DNA from: Acutalibacteraceae bacterium | GTDB taxonomy: Bacteria; Bacillota; Clostridia; Oscillospirales; Acutalibacteraceae | DNA: 64,000 bases | Assembly: GCA_045602985.1 (NCBI GenBank) | Contig: JAZULH010000020.1 | Span: 11,610-75,609 of the forward strand | Direction of reading: 5' to 3' | Notes under the pieces: model-generated | Databases searched by the model: none | Seen by the model: the letters and a program-made list of their open reading frames with translations, nothing else | Told to the model about the DNA's origin: nothing | Translations under genes and position numbers: made by a program | Part shown: positions 26,294 through 35,883 of the stretch, in pieces | Numbering within the stretch: the stretch's first letter is position 1 | Layout: every line of letters begins with the position of its first letter

Positions 26294-27192
26294 GTGTTGA
26301 CCTTTGCGGAATTACCCTTGATAATCCGATAATTCCTGCCAGCGGAACCTTCGGCTTCGGTTACGAATTTGCAGAGCTTTACGATATCAATATATTGGGC
26401 ACATTCTCCTTTAAGGGAACGACAAAGGACCCTCGCTTCGGTAATCCTACGCCTCGTATTGCCGAATGTAATGCCGGTATGATAAACGCAGTCGGTCTGC
26501 AGAATCCCGGTGTGGAAAAGGTTATAGGCGAGGAGCTGCCCAAGCTCCAAAAATGCTTCGATAAAAAGGTTATGGCGAATGTCAGCGGCTTTGCTGTTGA
26601 GGATTATGCCTATACTTGTGAAAAGCTTGATAATTGTGAGCAGGTAGGTTGGCTTGAGGTTAATGTAAGCTGTCCTAATGTTCACGGCGGAGGAATGAGC
26701 TTTGGTACAAATCCTCAGGCGGCGGCAGAGGTTACTGCGGCTGTTAAAAGGGTTACAAAAAAGCCTGTTATTATTAAGCTTTCGCCAAATGTTACGGATA
26801 TTGTGGCTATTGCCAAGGCCTGTGAGGATGCAGGTGCTGACGGCATAAGCCTTATAAATACACTTCTTGGTATGCGAATTGATCTGAAAACCAAGAAGCC
26901 TGTTATTGCAAACAAAATGGGCGGTTTTTCAGGTAGTGCCATTTTCCCTGTGGCAGTTCGTATGGTGTACCAGGTTGCAAATGCAGTTAACATTCCCGTA
27001 GTAGGTATGGGTGGTGTTACAACTGCGGAGGATGTAATTGAGCTTATGCTTGCAGGTGCTACTGCCGTTGAGGTAGGCGCCGCAAACCTTATCAATCCCT
27101 ATGCCTGCCGTGATATAATAAACGATTTGCCGCAGGTTATGGATAAATACGGTATAAATAATCTTAAAGATATAATCGGAGGAGTAAAGTAA
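26281..27192 (+). CDS. pyrD: Dihydroorotate dehydrogenase catalytic subunit (class 1B)
   Basis: Contains NPIIPASGTFGFG, NAVGLQNPG, NVSCPNV and the GGV..AED motif. Confidence 0.95.
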   Translation: MGRLSVDLCGITLDNPIIPASGTFGFGYEFAELYDINILGTFSFKGTTKDPRFGNPTPRIAECNAGMINAVGLQNPGVEKVIGEELPKLQKCFDKKVMANVSGFAVEDYAYTCEKLDNCEQVGWLEVNVSCPNVHGGGMSFGTNPQAAAEVTAAVKRVTKKPVIIKLSPNVTDIVAIAKACEDAGADGISLINTLLGMRIDLKTKKPVIANKMGGFSGSAIFPVAVRMVYQVANAVNIPVVGMGGVTTAEDVIELMLAGATAVEVGAANLINPYACRDIINDLPQVMDKYGINNLKDIIGGVK

Positions 27193-27893
27193 TGGGTAAA
27201 GACGTAATTGTTGCTTGCGATTTTGCAAGTGCAGAAAAAGTTTTTGAGTTTCTTGATAAGTTTGAGGGCGGCAGAAAGCCCTTTGTAAAAATAGGTATGG
27301 AGCTTTTCTATGCAGAGGGTCCTGCCATTGTTAAGGAGATTAAAAAACGCGGTCATAAGATTTTCCTTGACCTTAAATTACACGATATCCCCAATACAGT
27401 AAAAAAAGCAATGGCTGTGCTTTCTAACCTTGATGTTGATATATGCAATCTTCACGCATCAGGTACATGCCGTATGATGGAGGCAGCAATTGAGGGCCTT
27501 ACTCGTGAGGATGGTACAAGACCTTTGCTTATAGCAGTAACTCAGCTTACCTCCACAGACCAGGAGAGTATGGAAAATGACCTTCTTATCAAGGAGCCTA
27601 TTGACAAGGTTGTTATGCACTATGCACACAATGCAAAGCTTGCAGGTCTTGACGGTGTTGTTTGCTCACCCCTTGAGGCGGGCAAGGTTCACGAGGTTTG
27701 CGGAAGCGACTTCCTTACAGTTACACCCGGTGTGCGCTTTGCTGATGGTGATGTTGGTGACCAGAAGCGTGTTATGACTCCTGCACAGGCAAAGGAAATC
27801 GGTTCGGACTACATCGTTGTGGGTAGACCGATTACTGCTGCAGAGGACCCCGTTGCCGCATATACACGTTGTGTAGCAGAGTTCTGTGATTGA
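27192..27893 (+). CDS. pyrF: Orotidine-5'-phosphate decarboxylase
   Basis: Contains VACDF, FLDLKLHDIPNT and VVGRPIT. TAATG overlap with pyrD. Confidence 0.95.
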   Translation: MGKDVIVACDFASAEKVFEFLDKFEGGRKPFVKIGMELFYAEGPAIVKEIKKRGHKIFLDLKLHDIPNTVKKAMAVLSNLDVDICNLHASGTCRMMEAAIEGLTREDGTRPLLIAVTQLTSTDQESMENDLLIKEPIDKVVMHYAHNAKLAGLDGVVCSPLEAGKVHEVCGSDFLTVTPGVRFADGDVGDQKRVMTPAQAKEIGSDYIVVGRPITAAEDPVAAYTRCVAEFCD

Positions 27894-27930
27894 TTATAAC
27901 GAATGCTGAAAATATAAAGGAGATTTATTT

Positions 27931-28584
27931 ATGGAAAGCTACAAGAGAGAGTTTATTCAGTTCTTAGAGGGCGCAGGCGTGCTCAAGTTCGGCGATTTTA
28001 CTGCAAAAAGCGGTAGAAAAATTCCTTATTTCATTAATGCCGGCGATATTAAAACAGGTGAGCAGATTTGCAAGCTCGGTGAATTTTATGCAAAAGCATA
28101 TTTTGAAAAGGTGGGCAATAAAAAGACAGTTCTTTACGGACCTGCATACAAGGGTATTCCCATTGCTGTATCTGTTGCTGTTGCACTTGCCAAAAACGGT
28201 CTTGATGTGCCTTTCTTCTTTAACCGTAAAGAGGAAAAGGATCACGGTGAAGGCGGTGTGTTTGTTGGTTACAAGCCTCAGGAGGGCGAGGAAATCGTTA
28301 TTGTTGAGGATGTTATCACAGCAGGTACAGCCATCCGCGAGAGTATGAATATTCTGTCAGGACTTAAGGGTACAAAGGTTGCTGCAACATTTGTTATGGT
28401 TGACCGCAAGGAAAAGGGTCAGACAGAAAAATCTGCTATGGCAGAGGTTGGTGAGGAATTCGGTTTCCCTGTATATTCAGTTGTTGACGTTTATGATATT
28501 ATCGAATACCTTGAAGAGGATGAAAAAAACCACGAAAATGTTGAGCGCATCAAGAAGTATCTTGAGGTAAACGGTGCTAAATAA
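27931..28584 (+). CDS. pyrE: Orotate phosphoribosyltransferase
   Basis: PRPP-binding loop VIVEDVITAGTAIRE and an N-terminal FGDFT.KSGR motif. Confidence 0.9.
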   Translation: MESYKREFIQFLEGAGVLKFGDFTAKSGRKIPYFINAGDIKTGEQICKLGEFYAKAYFEKVGNKKTVLYGPAYKGIPIAVSVAVALAKNGLDVPFFFNRKEEKDHGEGGVFVGYKPQEGEEIVIVEDVITAGTAIRESMNILSGLKGTKVAATFVMVDRKEKGQTEKSAMAEVGEEFGFPVYSVVDVYDIIEYLEEDEKNHENVERIKKYLEVNGAK

Positions 28585-28602
28585 TTTTAGGAAGTGAATT
28601 GA

Positions 28603-29523
28603 ATGAGAAGTCTTATTGATATTCTTGATTTTTCCGTTGAAGAGCTTGATGCTTTGATTGCATCGGCTAATGATATTATTAAAAATCCACAGGCTTATTC
28701 CGAAAAGTGCAAGGGCAAAAAGCTTGCCACACTCTTTTTTGAGCCTTCTACAAGAACACGACTTAGTTTTGAGGCGGCAATGCTTGAGCTTGGCGGTAGT
28801 GTAATTGGTTTTTCAGAGGCGAACAGCTCCTCTGCCGCTAAAGGCGAAAGTGTTTCCGATACTGCCAAAACTATCAGCTGCTATGCTGATATTATCGCTA
28901 TGCGTCACCCGAAGGAGGGTGCCCCTCTTGTTGCGGCACAGAGTGCAAGCATACCTGTAATCAATGCAGGCGACGGTGGTCACAACCATCCCACACAGAC
29001 ACTGGCGGACCTTCTCACAATCAGTCGTGAAAAAGGCGGTTTTGAAAATCTTACTGTAGGCTTCTGCGGTGACCTTAAGTTCGGCAGAACAGTTCATTCA
29101 CTTATTACAGCCCTTTCAAGGTACAAGGGTGTTAAGGTTGTGCTCATATCACCTGAGGAGTTGAAGCTCCCCAGCTATGTAAAAAAAGATATCCTTTCTA
29201 AAAACAATATCCCTTATGAGCAGACAACTGACCTCGAGAGTGTAATGCCTCAGCTTGATATTCTTTATATGACACGTGTTCAGCGTGAGCGTTTCTTTAA
29301 CGAGGAGGATTATCTCCGTCTTAAAGACAGTTACATTCTTGAACCGAAAAAACTCAGAAATGCAAAATCAGACCTTTGTATTATGCATCCGCTGCCCCGT
29401 GTAAACGAAATTTCCGTTGCAGTAGATGATGACCCGAGGGCTTGTTACTTCAAGCAGGTGCTCAACGGTAAGTACATTCGTATGGCACTAATTCTCAAAT
29501 TGTTGGAGGAGGCACAAAAATGA
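28603..29523 (+). CDS. pyrB: Aspartate carbamoyltransferase catalytic subunit
   Basis: Contains [17 protein letters not shown] and HPLPR motifs. Confidence 0.95.
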   Translation: MRSLIDILDFSVEELDALIASANDIIKNPQAYSEKCKGKKLATLFFEPSTRTRLSFEAAMLELGGSVIGFSEANSSSAAKGESVSDTAKTISCYADIIAMRHPKEGAPLVAAQSASIPVINAGDGGHNHPTQTLADLLTISREKGGFENLTVGFCGDLKFGRTVHSLITALSRYKGVKVVLISPEELKLPSYVKKDILSKNNIPYEQTTDLESVMPQLDILYMTRVQRERFFNEEDYLRLKDSYILEPKKLRNAKSDLCIMHPLPRVNEISVAVDDDPRACYFKQVLNGKYIRMALILKLLEEAQK

Positions 29524-29936
29524 ATGTAGATTCAATTACAAACGGCTTTGTTATTGACCATATTATTGCCGGCAGAGGTATGCGCATCTATGAGCTTTTG
29601 GATCTTGATAACCTTGATTGCTCCGTTGCCATTATTAAGAATGTTACCAGCAAAAAGCACGGCAAAAAAGATATTATAAAAATTGATGCGGCAATACCCA
29701 TTGATTTTGATGTTATAGGTTATGTTGACCCGGGTGCAACAATCAATATTATCCGTGAGGGCAAGCTGGTTGAAAAGCGTTTTATTGAGCTGCCTGAAAC
29801 ACTTACAAATGTTATCAGATGCAAAAATCCGCGTTGCATAACAACAACCGAGCAGGAGATAAATCACATCTTCAAGCTCACCGACAGAAACAATGGTATA
29901 TACCGTTGCTTTTATTGTGAAACAAAGGCAAAGTGA
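29520..29936 (+). CDS. pyrI: Aspartate carbamoyltransferase regulatory subunit
   Basis: 138 aa. The C-terminal Zn motif is CKNPRC...CFYCE. ATGA overlap with pyrB. Confidence 0.9.
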   Translation: MNVDSITNGFVIDHIIAGRGMRIYELLDLDNLDCSVAIIKNVTSKKHGKKDIIKIDAAIPIDFDVIGYVDPGATINIIREGKLVEKRFIELPETLTNVIRCKNPRCITTTEQEINHIFKLTDRNNGIYRCFYCETKAK

Positions 29937-29997
29937 GCTATTGGCAAATTGCCCATAAAATAGCAGTCAAACAGGCTTTAATTATAACTTTCGCGCC

Positions 29998-30026
29998 TTG
30001 ACACTGTGTTTTATAAATGTTAAAAT
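29998..30026 (+). promoter_or_regulatory. SigA promoter of the pur operon
   Basis: TTGACA (29998-30003), 17 nt spacer, TAAAAT (30021-30026). Confidence 0.7.
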
Positions 30027-30039
30027 TACTGTGTTATTA

Positions 30040-30184
30040 AAAGTCTTTTTCTGTGACTGACGGAGTGATGGAATTAACCATGGAGGAACAGAAAAATACC
30101 GCCTTATATGCGGTATACGTAAGACTTTAAGCCGACCGTCTGGGCACGCCTGTTCGTTGTTGGATAGGTGCGCCCTTTTTGTTT
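30040..30184 (+). promoter_or_regulatory. ZTP (pfl-motif) riboswitch with terminator expression platform
   Basis: The 5' subdomain ucuGUGACUGaCGGagugAUGGaauuaaCCAUGGaGgaACAGa and the 3' element CCGaCCGUCUGGGCA (30132-30146) match the conserved ZTP motif as I remember it. An outer helix pairs aaagtctt (30040-47) with aagacttt (30121-28). The GGGCA overlaps the terminator stem, gggcacgcct (30142-51) with aggtgcgccc (30166-75), followed by TTTTT. Confidence 0.75.
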
Positions 30185-30211
30185 TATTTTTCCCTTGAAA
30201 GGATTGTTGAT

Positions 30212-30706
30212 ATGAAAAAAGTTGGTATCGTTATGGGTAGTGACAGCGATTTACCCGTAGTTGAAAAGGCTGTAAATACACTCAGGGATTTCGGCGTACC
30301 CTTTGAGGTTCACGTTTTTTCTGCTCACAGAACACCTGAACAGGCAAAGGATTTCAGTGCCAATGCCCGTGAAAATGGTTTTGGTGTGCTTATTGCGGCG
30401 GCAGGTATGGCGGCTCATCTCGCCGGTGCTGTTGCAGCAAATACAACACTTCCCGTTATAGGTATTCCCATTAAATCTGCTAATCTGGGCGGTATGGAGG
30501 CACTCCTTTCAACAGTGCAGATGCCCTCCGGTATACCCGTTGCAACAGTTGCTATTGATGGTGCAGTTAACTCAGCCCTTCTTGCTGTTGAAATACTTTC
30601 ACTTTCAGAGCCCGAGCTTGAAAAGAAGCTGGCAGAAAAAAGAGCGAAAGACACTGCAGCTGTACTTGAAAAGAATAAGGCTGTTGAAAATAAGTTTAAT
30701 TCATAA
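30212..30706 (+). CDS. purE: Phosphoribosylaminoimidazole carboxylase/mutase PurE
   Basis: Contains [19 protein letters not shown] and GMAAHLAG. Start is at MKKVGIV (30212), downstream of the riboswitch terminator. Confidence 0.95.
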   Translation: MKKVGIVMGSDSDLPVVEKAVNTLRDFGVPFEVHVFSAHRTPEQAKDFSANARENGFGVLIAAAGMAAHLAGAVAANTTLPVIGIPIKSANLGGMEALLSTVQMPSGIPVATVAIDGAVNSALLAVEILSLSEPELEKKLAEKRAKDTAAVLEKNKAVENKFNS

Positions 30707-30761
30707 AAATATCGGGAAGCAAGCTTTTCTCGGAATTACGGTATTTTAGAAGAGGTGTATT

Positions 30762-32186
30762 ATGGGCGGTTTTTTCGGTGTGGTATCAAAAAATGATGCT
30801 GTGCTTGATACTTTTTTCGGAGTGGATTATCATTCACATCTGGGTACGCGCCGTGCAGGTATGGCGGCTTTTGATTCGGAAAAAGGTCTTCAGCGTAAGA
30901 TACATAAAATAGAAAACTCACCTTTCAGAACAAAGTTTGAAAAAATACTTGATGAAATGACAGGTACAAGTGCCATTGGTTGCATCAGCGACAGCGATGC
31001 CCAACCCTTGCTTATGCGCTCCAATCACGGACTTTATGCTATAAGCACAATCGGCATTATAAATAATGAAGATGATTTGGTTAACCAGTATCTTTCCTTC
31101 AGCGGCGGTCACTTCGGTGCTATGACAAGTACGGGTATAAACTCAACAGAGCTTGTTGCAGCAATGATTGACCAGAAAAGCAGCTTTGCAGAGGGTATAA
31201 CCTTTGCGCAGGATGTTATCGAAGGTACGGCATCCATTCTTATCCTCAAGGAAAACGGCAATATTATTGCCGCCCGTGATAAGCTGGGCAGGATTCCCGT
31301 GCTTGTGGGCAGGCGTGACGATGCTTACTGTATTTCGTTTGAGGACTTTGCATATAAGAAATTAGGCTTTGAGGATTACAAGGAGTTGGGTCCCGGAGAG
31401 GTTGTTGAAATTACAGCCGAGGGTGTTGAGGTTCTTGTTAAACCCCGTAAGACTAAAAAAATATGTGCCTTCCTCTGGTCTTATTACGGTTATCCCACAT
31501 CATGCTATGAGGGTGTTAATGTTGAGGTAATGCGTTACAAAAACGGTCAGATTATGGCACAGACAGATAAAGCGGCAAATGTGGCACAAGACATTGATTA
31601 TGTCAGCGGTGTTCCCGATTCAGGTACACCCCATGCCATAGGCTATTCTAATGAAAGCAACATTCCCTTTGCCCGTCCGTTTATTAAATATACTCCCACA
31701 TGGCCCCGCAGCTTTATGCCATCCAATCAGCGTGAACGCAGCAGGGTTGCCAAAATGAAACAGATTCCTGTTCACGATCTTATTAAGGATAAAAAGCTGT
31801 TGTTTGTTGATGACAGTATCGTAAGGGGCACACAGCTCAGGGAAACTGTTGAATTCCTTTATGAAAACGGCGCCAAGGAGGTTCATATGCGATCCGCTTG
31901 TCCGCCTATTATGTATGGCTGCAAATTCCTGAACTTCTCGCGCGGTACATCCGACCTTGACCTTATAACCAGGAGCACCATTTTGGAGCTTGAAGGCGAG
32001 CAAGGCTTTAAATATCTGGATGAGTACAGCGATGCATCCACAGAGCGCGGAGCAAAAATGCGTAAGGCTATTTGTGAAAAGCTTAATTTTGCATCCCTTG
32101 AATTCCAGTCTCTGGAAGGCATCATAAAAGCAATCGGTTTGCCTGAGGATGAGGTTTGCACCTATTGCTGGAACGGTAAAGGCTAA
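30762..32186 (+). CDS. purF: Amidophosphoribosyltransferase homologue lacking the N-terminal nucleophile Cys
   Basis: PRTase loop LLFVDDSIVRGTQLRE. Cys ligands for a 4Fe-4S cluster are present (KKICAF, ACPP, CTYCW). The N-terminus is MGGFFGV, where canonical PurF has (M)CG. An in-frame TAG at 30747-30749 precludes upstream extension. Confidence 0.85.
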   Translation: MGGFFGVVSKNDAVLDTFFGVDYHSHLGTRRAGMAAFDSEKGLQRKIHKIENSPFRTKFEKILDEMTGTSAIGCISDSDAQPLLMRSNHGLYAISTIGIINNEDDLVNQYLSFSGGHFGAMTSTGINSTELVAAMIDQKSSFAEGITFAQDVIEGTASILILKENGNIIAARDKLGRIPVLVGRRDDAYCISFEDFAYKKLGFEDYKELGPGEVVEITAEGVEVLVKPRKTKKICAFLWSYYGYPTSCYEGVNVEVMRYKNGQIMAQTDKAANVAQDIDYVSGVPDSGTPHAIGYSNESNIPFARPFIKYTPTWPRSFMPSNQRERSRVAKMKQIPVHDLIKDKKLLFVDDSIVRGTQLRETVEFLYENGAKEVHMRSACPPIMYGCKFLNFSRGTSDLDLITRSTILELEGEQGFKYLDEYSDASTERGAKMRKAICEKLNFASLEFQSLEGIIKAIGLPEDEVCTYCWNGKG

Positions 32187-32219
32187 ACAGTATTCAATGA
32201 AAATATATTAAGGAGAAAA

Positions 32220-33272
32220 ATGATGAATAATTCAAGATCAGAAAGTTATGCAGCTGCAGGTGTTGATATTACTGCAGGTTATAAAGCAGTTGAGCTTATG
32301 AAAAAACACGTTGCCAGAACCCGTAATGAAGGCTCATTGGATGATGTGGGCGGTTTCGGCGGTTGCTTTGACCTTGGTTGTGCTGCAGGAATGGAGCACC
32401 CCATATTGGTTTCAGGCACAGATGGCTGCGGAACTAAAGTTAAGCTGGCTATTCTTATGGATAAGCACGATACAATCGGCATTGACGCAGTTGCTATGTG
32501 CGTTAACGATATTATTTGTGTCGGTGCAAAACCCTTGTATTTCCTTGACTATATTGCTTGTGGTAAAAATATCCCCGAAAAAATTGCAGAAATTGTAAGC
32601 GGTGTTGCTGAAGGATGCGTTCAGTCCGGCTGTGCTCTCACAGGCGGTGAAACTGCAGAGCATCCCGGCTTAATGCCTGTGGAGGATTATGACCTTGCAG
32701 GCTTCGCAGTTGGTATAGTAGACAAGCCGAAAATGATTGATAACAGTAAAATGGCTGTTGGTGATGTTGTAATTGCACTTCCTTCAACAGGTATTCATTC
32801 AAACGGCTTTAGCTTATGCCGTAAGGTTTTTGATATTGATAACAATAATCCTGAACTCTATGTAGAGCGTGAAGAGTTGGGCGGTAAAAGTATTGCGGAG
32901 GCTTTACTTGTTCCTACAAAGATTTATGTTAAGCCTGTTCTTGCTCTTTTGGAAAAGGTAAATGTGAAGGGCATTTCCCACATTACAGGTGGTGGCTTCT
33001 ACGAGAACATTCCACGTTCAATTCCCGACGGATTATGTGCAAAGATAGACAAATCTGCAGTTAAGGTTCTTCCCATCTTCAATACAATTGCTGAATGGGG
33101 AAATATTCCTGAGCGTGATATGTACAACACATATAATATGGGTGTTGGTATGAGTATCGTTGTTCCTGCAAATGAAGTGGAGCTTTCACTTGAGGTGCTT
33201 AAGGATAATGGTATTGATGCTTATGTAATCGGTGAAATTATTGAATCCGATGACAAAATTATTCTTGAATAA
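32220..33272 (+). CDS. purM: Phosphoribosylformylglycinamidine cyclo-ligase (AIR synthetase)
   Basis: Contains YAAAGVDI, DGCGTK and DLAGFAVG motifs. Confidence 0.95.
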   Translation: MMNNSRSESYAAAGVDITAGYKAVELMKKHVARTRNEGSLDDVGGFGGCFDLGCAAGMEHPILVSGTDGCGTKVKLAILMDKHDTIGIDAVAMCVNDIICVGAKPLYFLDYIACGKNIPEKIAEIVSGVAEGCVQSGCALTGGETAEHPGLMPVEDYDLAGFAVGIVDKPKMIDNSKMAVGDVVIALPSTGIHSNGFSLCRKVFDIDNNNPELYVEREELGGKSIAEALLVPTKIYVKPVLALLEKVNVKGISHITGGGFYENIPRSIPDGLCAKIDKSAVKVLPIFNTIAEWGNIPERDMYNTYNMGVGMSIVVPANEVELSLEVLKDNGIDAYVIGEIIESDDKIILE

Positions 33273-33305
33273 TTAAAAACATTATTAATGAAAGAGGGTT
33301 TTAGA

Positions 33306-33935
33306 ATGCCTAAAAAGAACATTGCAGTTCTCGTTTCGGGGGGCGGTACAAACCTACAGGCACTTATTGATGCACAACACAGGGGTGAGCTCGGTAACGG
33401 TGAGATTACCTGTGTTATAGCATCAAAGGCTGACGCGTATGCTCTCACAAGGGCAACAGATAACGGCATTAAAACCCGTACACTTATAAGAAAAGATTAT
33501 GAGGATATTGCCTCGTACAGCAAGGCGATGCGCGATGTCCTTGTTGAGGAAAAGGCAGATTTAATCGTCTATGCAGGCTTTATGACCATACTTGATGAAA
33601 ATGTCTGCGATGCTTTTCCAAACAGAATGATAAATGTTCATCCCGCACTTATCCCATCATTTTGCGGCAAAGGCTTTTACGGTCTTCATGTTCACGAGTG
33701 TGCTCTCGAAAAAGGCGTTAAGGTGTCAGGTGCAACTGTACACTTTGTAACAGCAGAGTGTGATGCAGGCCCAATTATTCTGCAAAAGGCTGTTGAGGTG
33801 TGTGAGGGTGATACTCCCGAAACACTCCAGAAACGCATAATGGAGCAAGCAGAGTGGAAAATACTTCCCAAGGCTGTACAGCTTTTCTGTGATGATAAAA
33901 TTCAGGTTGTGAACGGCAAAACAATAATCAAATAA
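33306..33935 (+). CDS. purN: Phosphoribosylglycinamide formyltransferase
   Basis: Contains IAVLVSGGGTNLQALID, NVHPALIPSF and GATVHFV. Start is at MPKKN (33306). Confidence 0.9.
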   Translation: MPKKNIAVLVSGGGTNLQALIDAQHRGELGNGEITCVIASKADAYALTRATDNGIKTRTLIRKDYEDIASYSKAMRDVLVEEKADLIVYAGFMTILDENVCDAFPNRMINVHPALIPSFCGKGFYGLHVHECALEKGVKVSGATVHFVTAECDAGPIILQKAVEVCEGDTPETLQKRIMEQAEWKILPKAVQLFCDDKIQVVNGKTIIK

Positions 33936-33955
33936 TACTTGAAAGGACAGATAAT

Positions 33956-34672
33956 ATGGAAATCAGAAATCTTTGTGATGAGCTTAATTCTCTCCCTTAC
34001 CACGGCAGGGGAATTATTATCGGTAAAAGTGCAGACGGCACAAAGGCGGTAACTGCATATTTTATTATGGGCAGGAGCGAGAATAGTCGTAACCGTGTGT
34101 TTGTTGAAGATGGTGAAGGCATCAGAACACAGGCGTTTGACGAATCAAAAATGGTTGATCCTCACCTTATTATCTATGCTCCCGTCAGAGTATTAGGTAA
34201 TAAAACAATTGTTACAAACGGCGACCAGACAGATACAATATATGAGCTTATGGACAAGCAGATGACCTTTGAACAGGCACTGCGCACACGCGAATTCGAG
34301 GATGATGCTCCTAACTTTACACCCCGTATTTCAGGTATTATCCATCTTGAAAACGGTGATATGAATTATGCAATGTCTATCCTTAAATCTGCAGACGGTG
34401 ACGGTTCATCCTGTCAGAGATACACATTTGCATACTCAAATCCGATTTGCGGTAAGGCAAAGTTCATTCATACATACAAGTGCGACGGTAATCCCTTGCC
34501 CAGCTTTGAGGGTGAACCAAAAACACTTGAATTGCCTGATGTTGATATTGATACATTGACCGACACTATCTGGACAAATCTTAACGCCGATAATAAGGTT
34601 TCTCTTTTTGTAAGATACATTGACCTTGCAACAGGTAAGTACGAGTCAAGAATTGTTAATAAGAATAAGTAA
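33956..34672 (+). CDS. PurO-type (archaeal-like) IMP cyclohydrolase
   Basis: 238 aa. YHGRGIIIGKS.DG...VAYFIMGRSENSRNRVF resembles the PurO family. It sits immediately upstream of an AICARFT-only PurH. Confidence 0.75.
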   Translation: MEIRNLCDELNSLPYHGRGIIIGKSADGTKAVTAYFIMGRSENSRNRVFVEDGEGIRTQAFDESKMVDPHLIIYAPVRVLGNKTIVTNGDQTDTIYELMDKQMTFEQALRTREFEDDAPNFTPRISGIIHLENGDMNYAMSILKSADGDGSSCQRYTFAYSNPICGKAKFIHTYKCDGNPLPSFEGEPKTLELPDVDIDTLTDTIWTNLNADNKVSLFVRYIDLATGKYESRIVNKNK

Positions 34673-34684
34673 GGAGAAGTAGCA

Positions 34685-35869
34685 ATGAAAGAGTTTGAAT
34701 TAAAATATGGTTGTAACCCCAATCAGAAGCCTGCAAAGATTTTTATGGCTGACGGCAGTGAGCTTCCTATAGAAATCCTTTGCGGCAGACCGGGCTTTAT
34801 AAATTTCCTTGATGCTTTTAACAGCTGGCAGCTTGTTAAGGAACTGAAGGAGGCTCTCGGTCTTCCTGCGGTTACATCCTTTAAGCACGTAAGCCCTACC
34901 TCTGCAGCAGTAGGTATTCCGCTTTCAGATAAGCTCAAAAAGGCTTGCTTCGTTGATGATATTGAGGGTCTTGATGATTCTCCCCTTGCTTGTGCTTATG
35001 CCCGTGCAAGAGGTACAGACAGAATGTGTTCATTCGGCGATTGGGTGGCACTTTCTGATGTTTGTGATGTTACTACCGCAAAGCTTATACAGCGTGAGGT
35101 TTCTGACGGTATTATTGCTCCCGGTTATGAGCCCGAGGCATTGGAGATACTTAAATCAAAGAGAAAGGGTAATTACAATATTGTTAAAATTGATCCAGAT
35201 TATGTGCCTGCTCCCATTGAGCACAAGCAGGTTTATGGTATTACCTTTGAACAGGGCAGAAACAATTTTGAAATCAACCGCGGGCTTCTCACAAATATTG
35301 TTACAGAAAATAAGGATATGCCCGAGGGTGCGGTGCGTGACCTTATAATTGCGCTTATTACACTTAAATACACGCAGTCAAACTCCGTTTGCTATGCAGT
35401 TGATGGTCAGGCTATCGGTGTTGGTGCAGGTCAGCAGTCAAGAATTCATTGTACACGTCTTGCCGGTACAAAGGCAGATACATGGTTCCTTCGTCAGCAC
35501 GAAAAGGTTCTTAACCTTCCCTTTAAGGATACCTTGGGAAGACCTGACCGCGACAATGTAATTGATGGATATATCAATAAAAATGAAGAGGATGTTTGTG
35601 CAGACGGCAACTGGCAGAAGTATTTCACAGAACAGCCTGCACCTCTTACAGATGAGGATGTAAAGGCATATTTTGCAACGATTGACGGTGTTGCTTTAGG
35701 TTCAGACGCTTTCTTCCCCTTTAGTGATAATATTGAGCGTGCAAAACGCAGCGGTGTTAAATATATTGCAGAGCCGGGTGGCTCAATCCGAGATGACGTT
35801 GTTATTGAATGCTGTAACAAATACGGTATTTCTATGGCTTTTACAGGAATGAGATTATTCCACCATTGA
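34685..35869 (+). CDS. purH: AICAR formyltransferase (PurH C-terminal-domain-only protein)
   Basis: LKYGCNPNQ..A, a long AICARFT domain, and the C-terminal FTG.RLFHH. There is no MGS-like IMPCH domain. Confidence 0.9.
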   Translation: MKEFELKYGCNPNQKPAKIFMADGSELPIEILCGRPGFINFLDAFNSWQLVKELKEALGLPAVTSFKHVSPTSAAVGIPLSDKLKKACFVDDIEGLDDSPLACAYARARGTDRMCSFGDWVALSDVCDVTTAKLIQREVSDGIIAPGYEPEALEILKSKRKGNYNIVKIDPDYVPAPIEHKQVYGITFEQGRNNFEINRGLLTNIVTENKDMPEGAVRDLIIALITLKYTQSNSVCYAVDGQAIGVGAGQQSRIHCTRLAGTKADTWFLRQHEKVLNLPFKDTLGRPDRDNVIDGYINKNEEDVCADGNWQKYFTEQPAPLTDEDVKAYFATIDGVALGSDAFFPFSDNIERAKRSGVKYIAEPGGSIRDDVVIECCNKYGISMAFTGMRLFHH

Positions 35870-35883
35870 TAGAGGTTGATTAA

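Noticed and set aside
29937-30040. Guanine/purine riboswitch or PurR box ahead of purE
   Set aside because: The sequence does not contain the conserved purine-riboswitch loops (UAUAAU...CUACC). The leader matches the ZTP motif instead.
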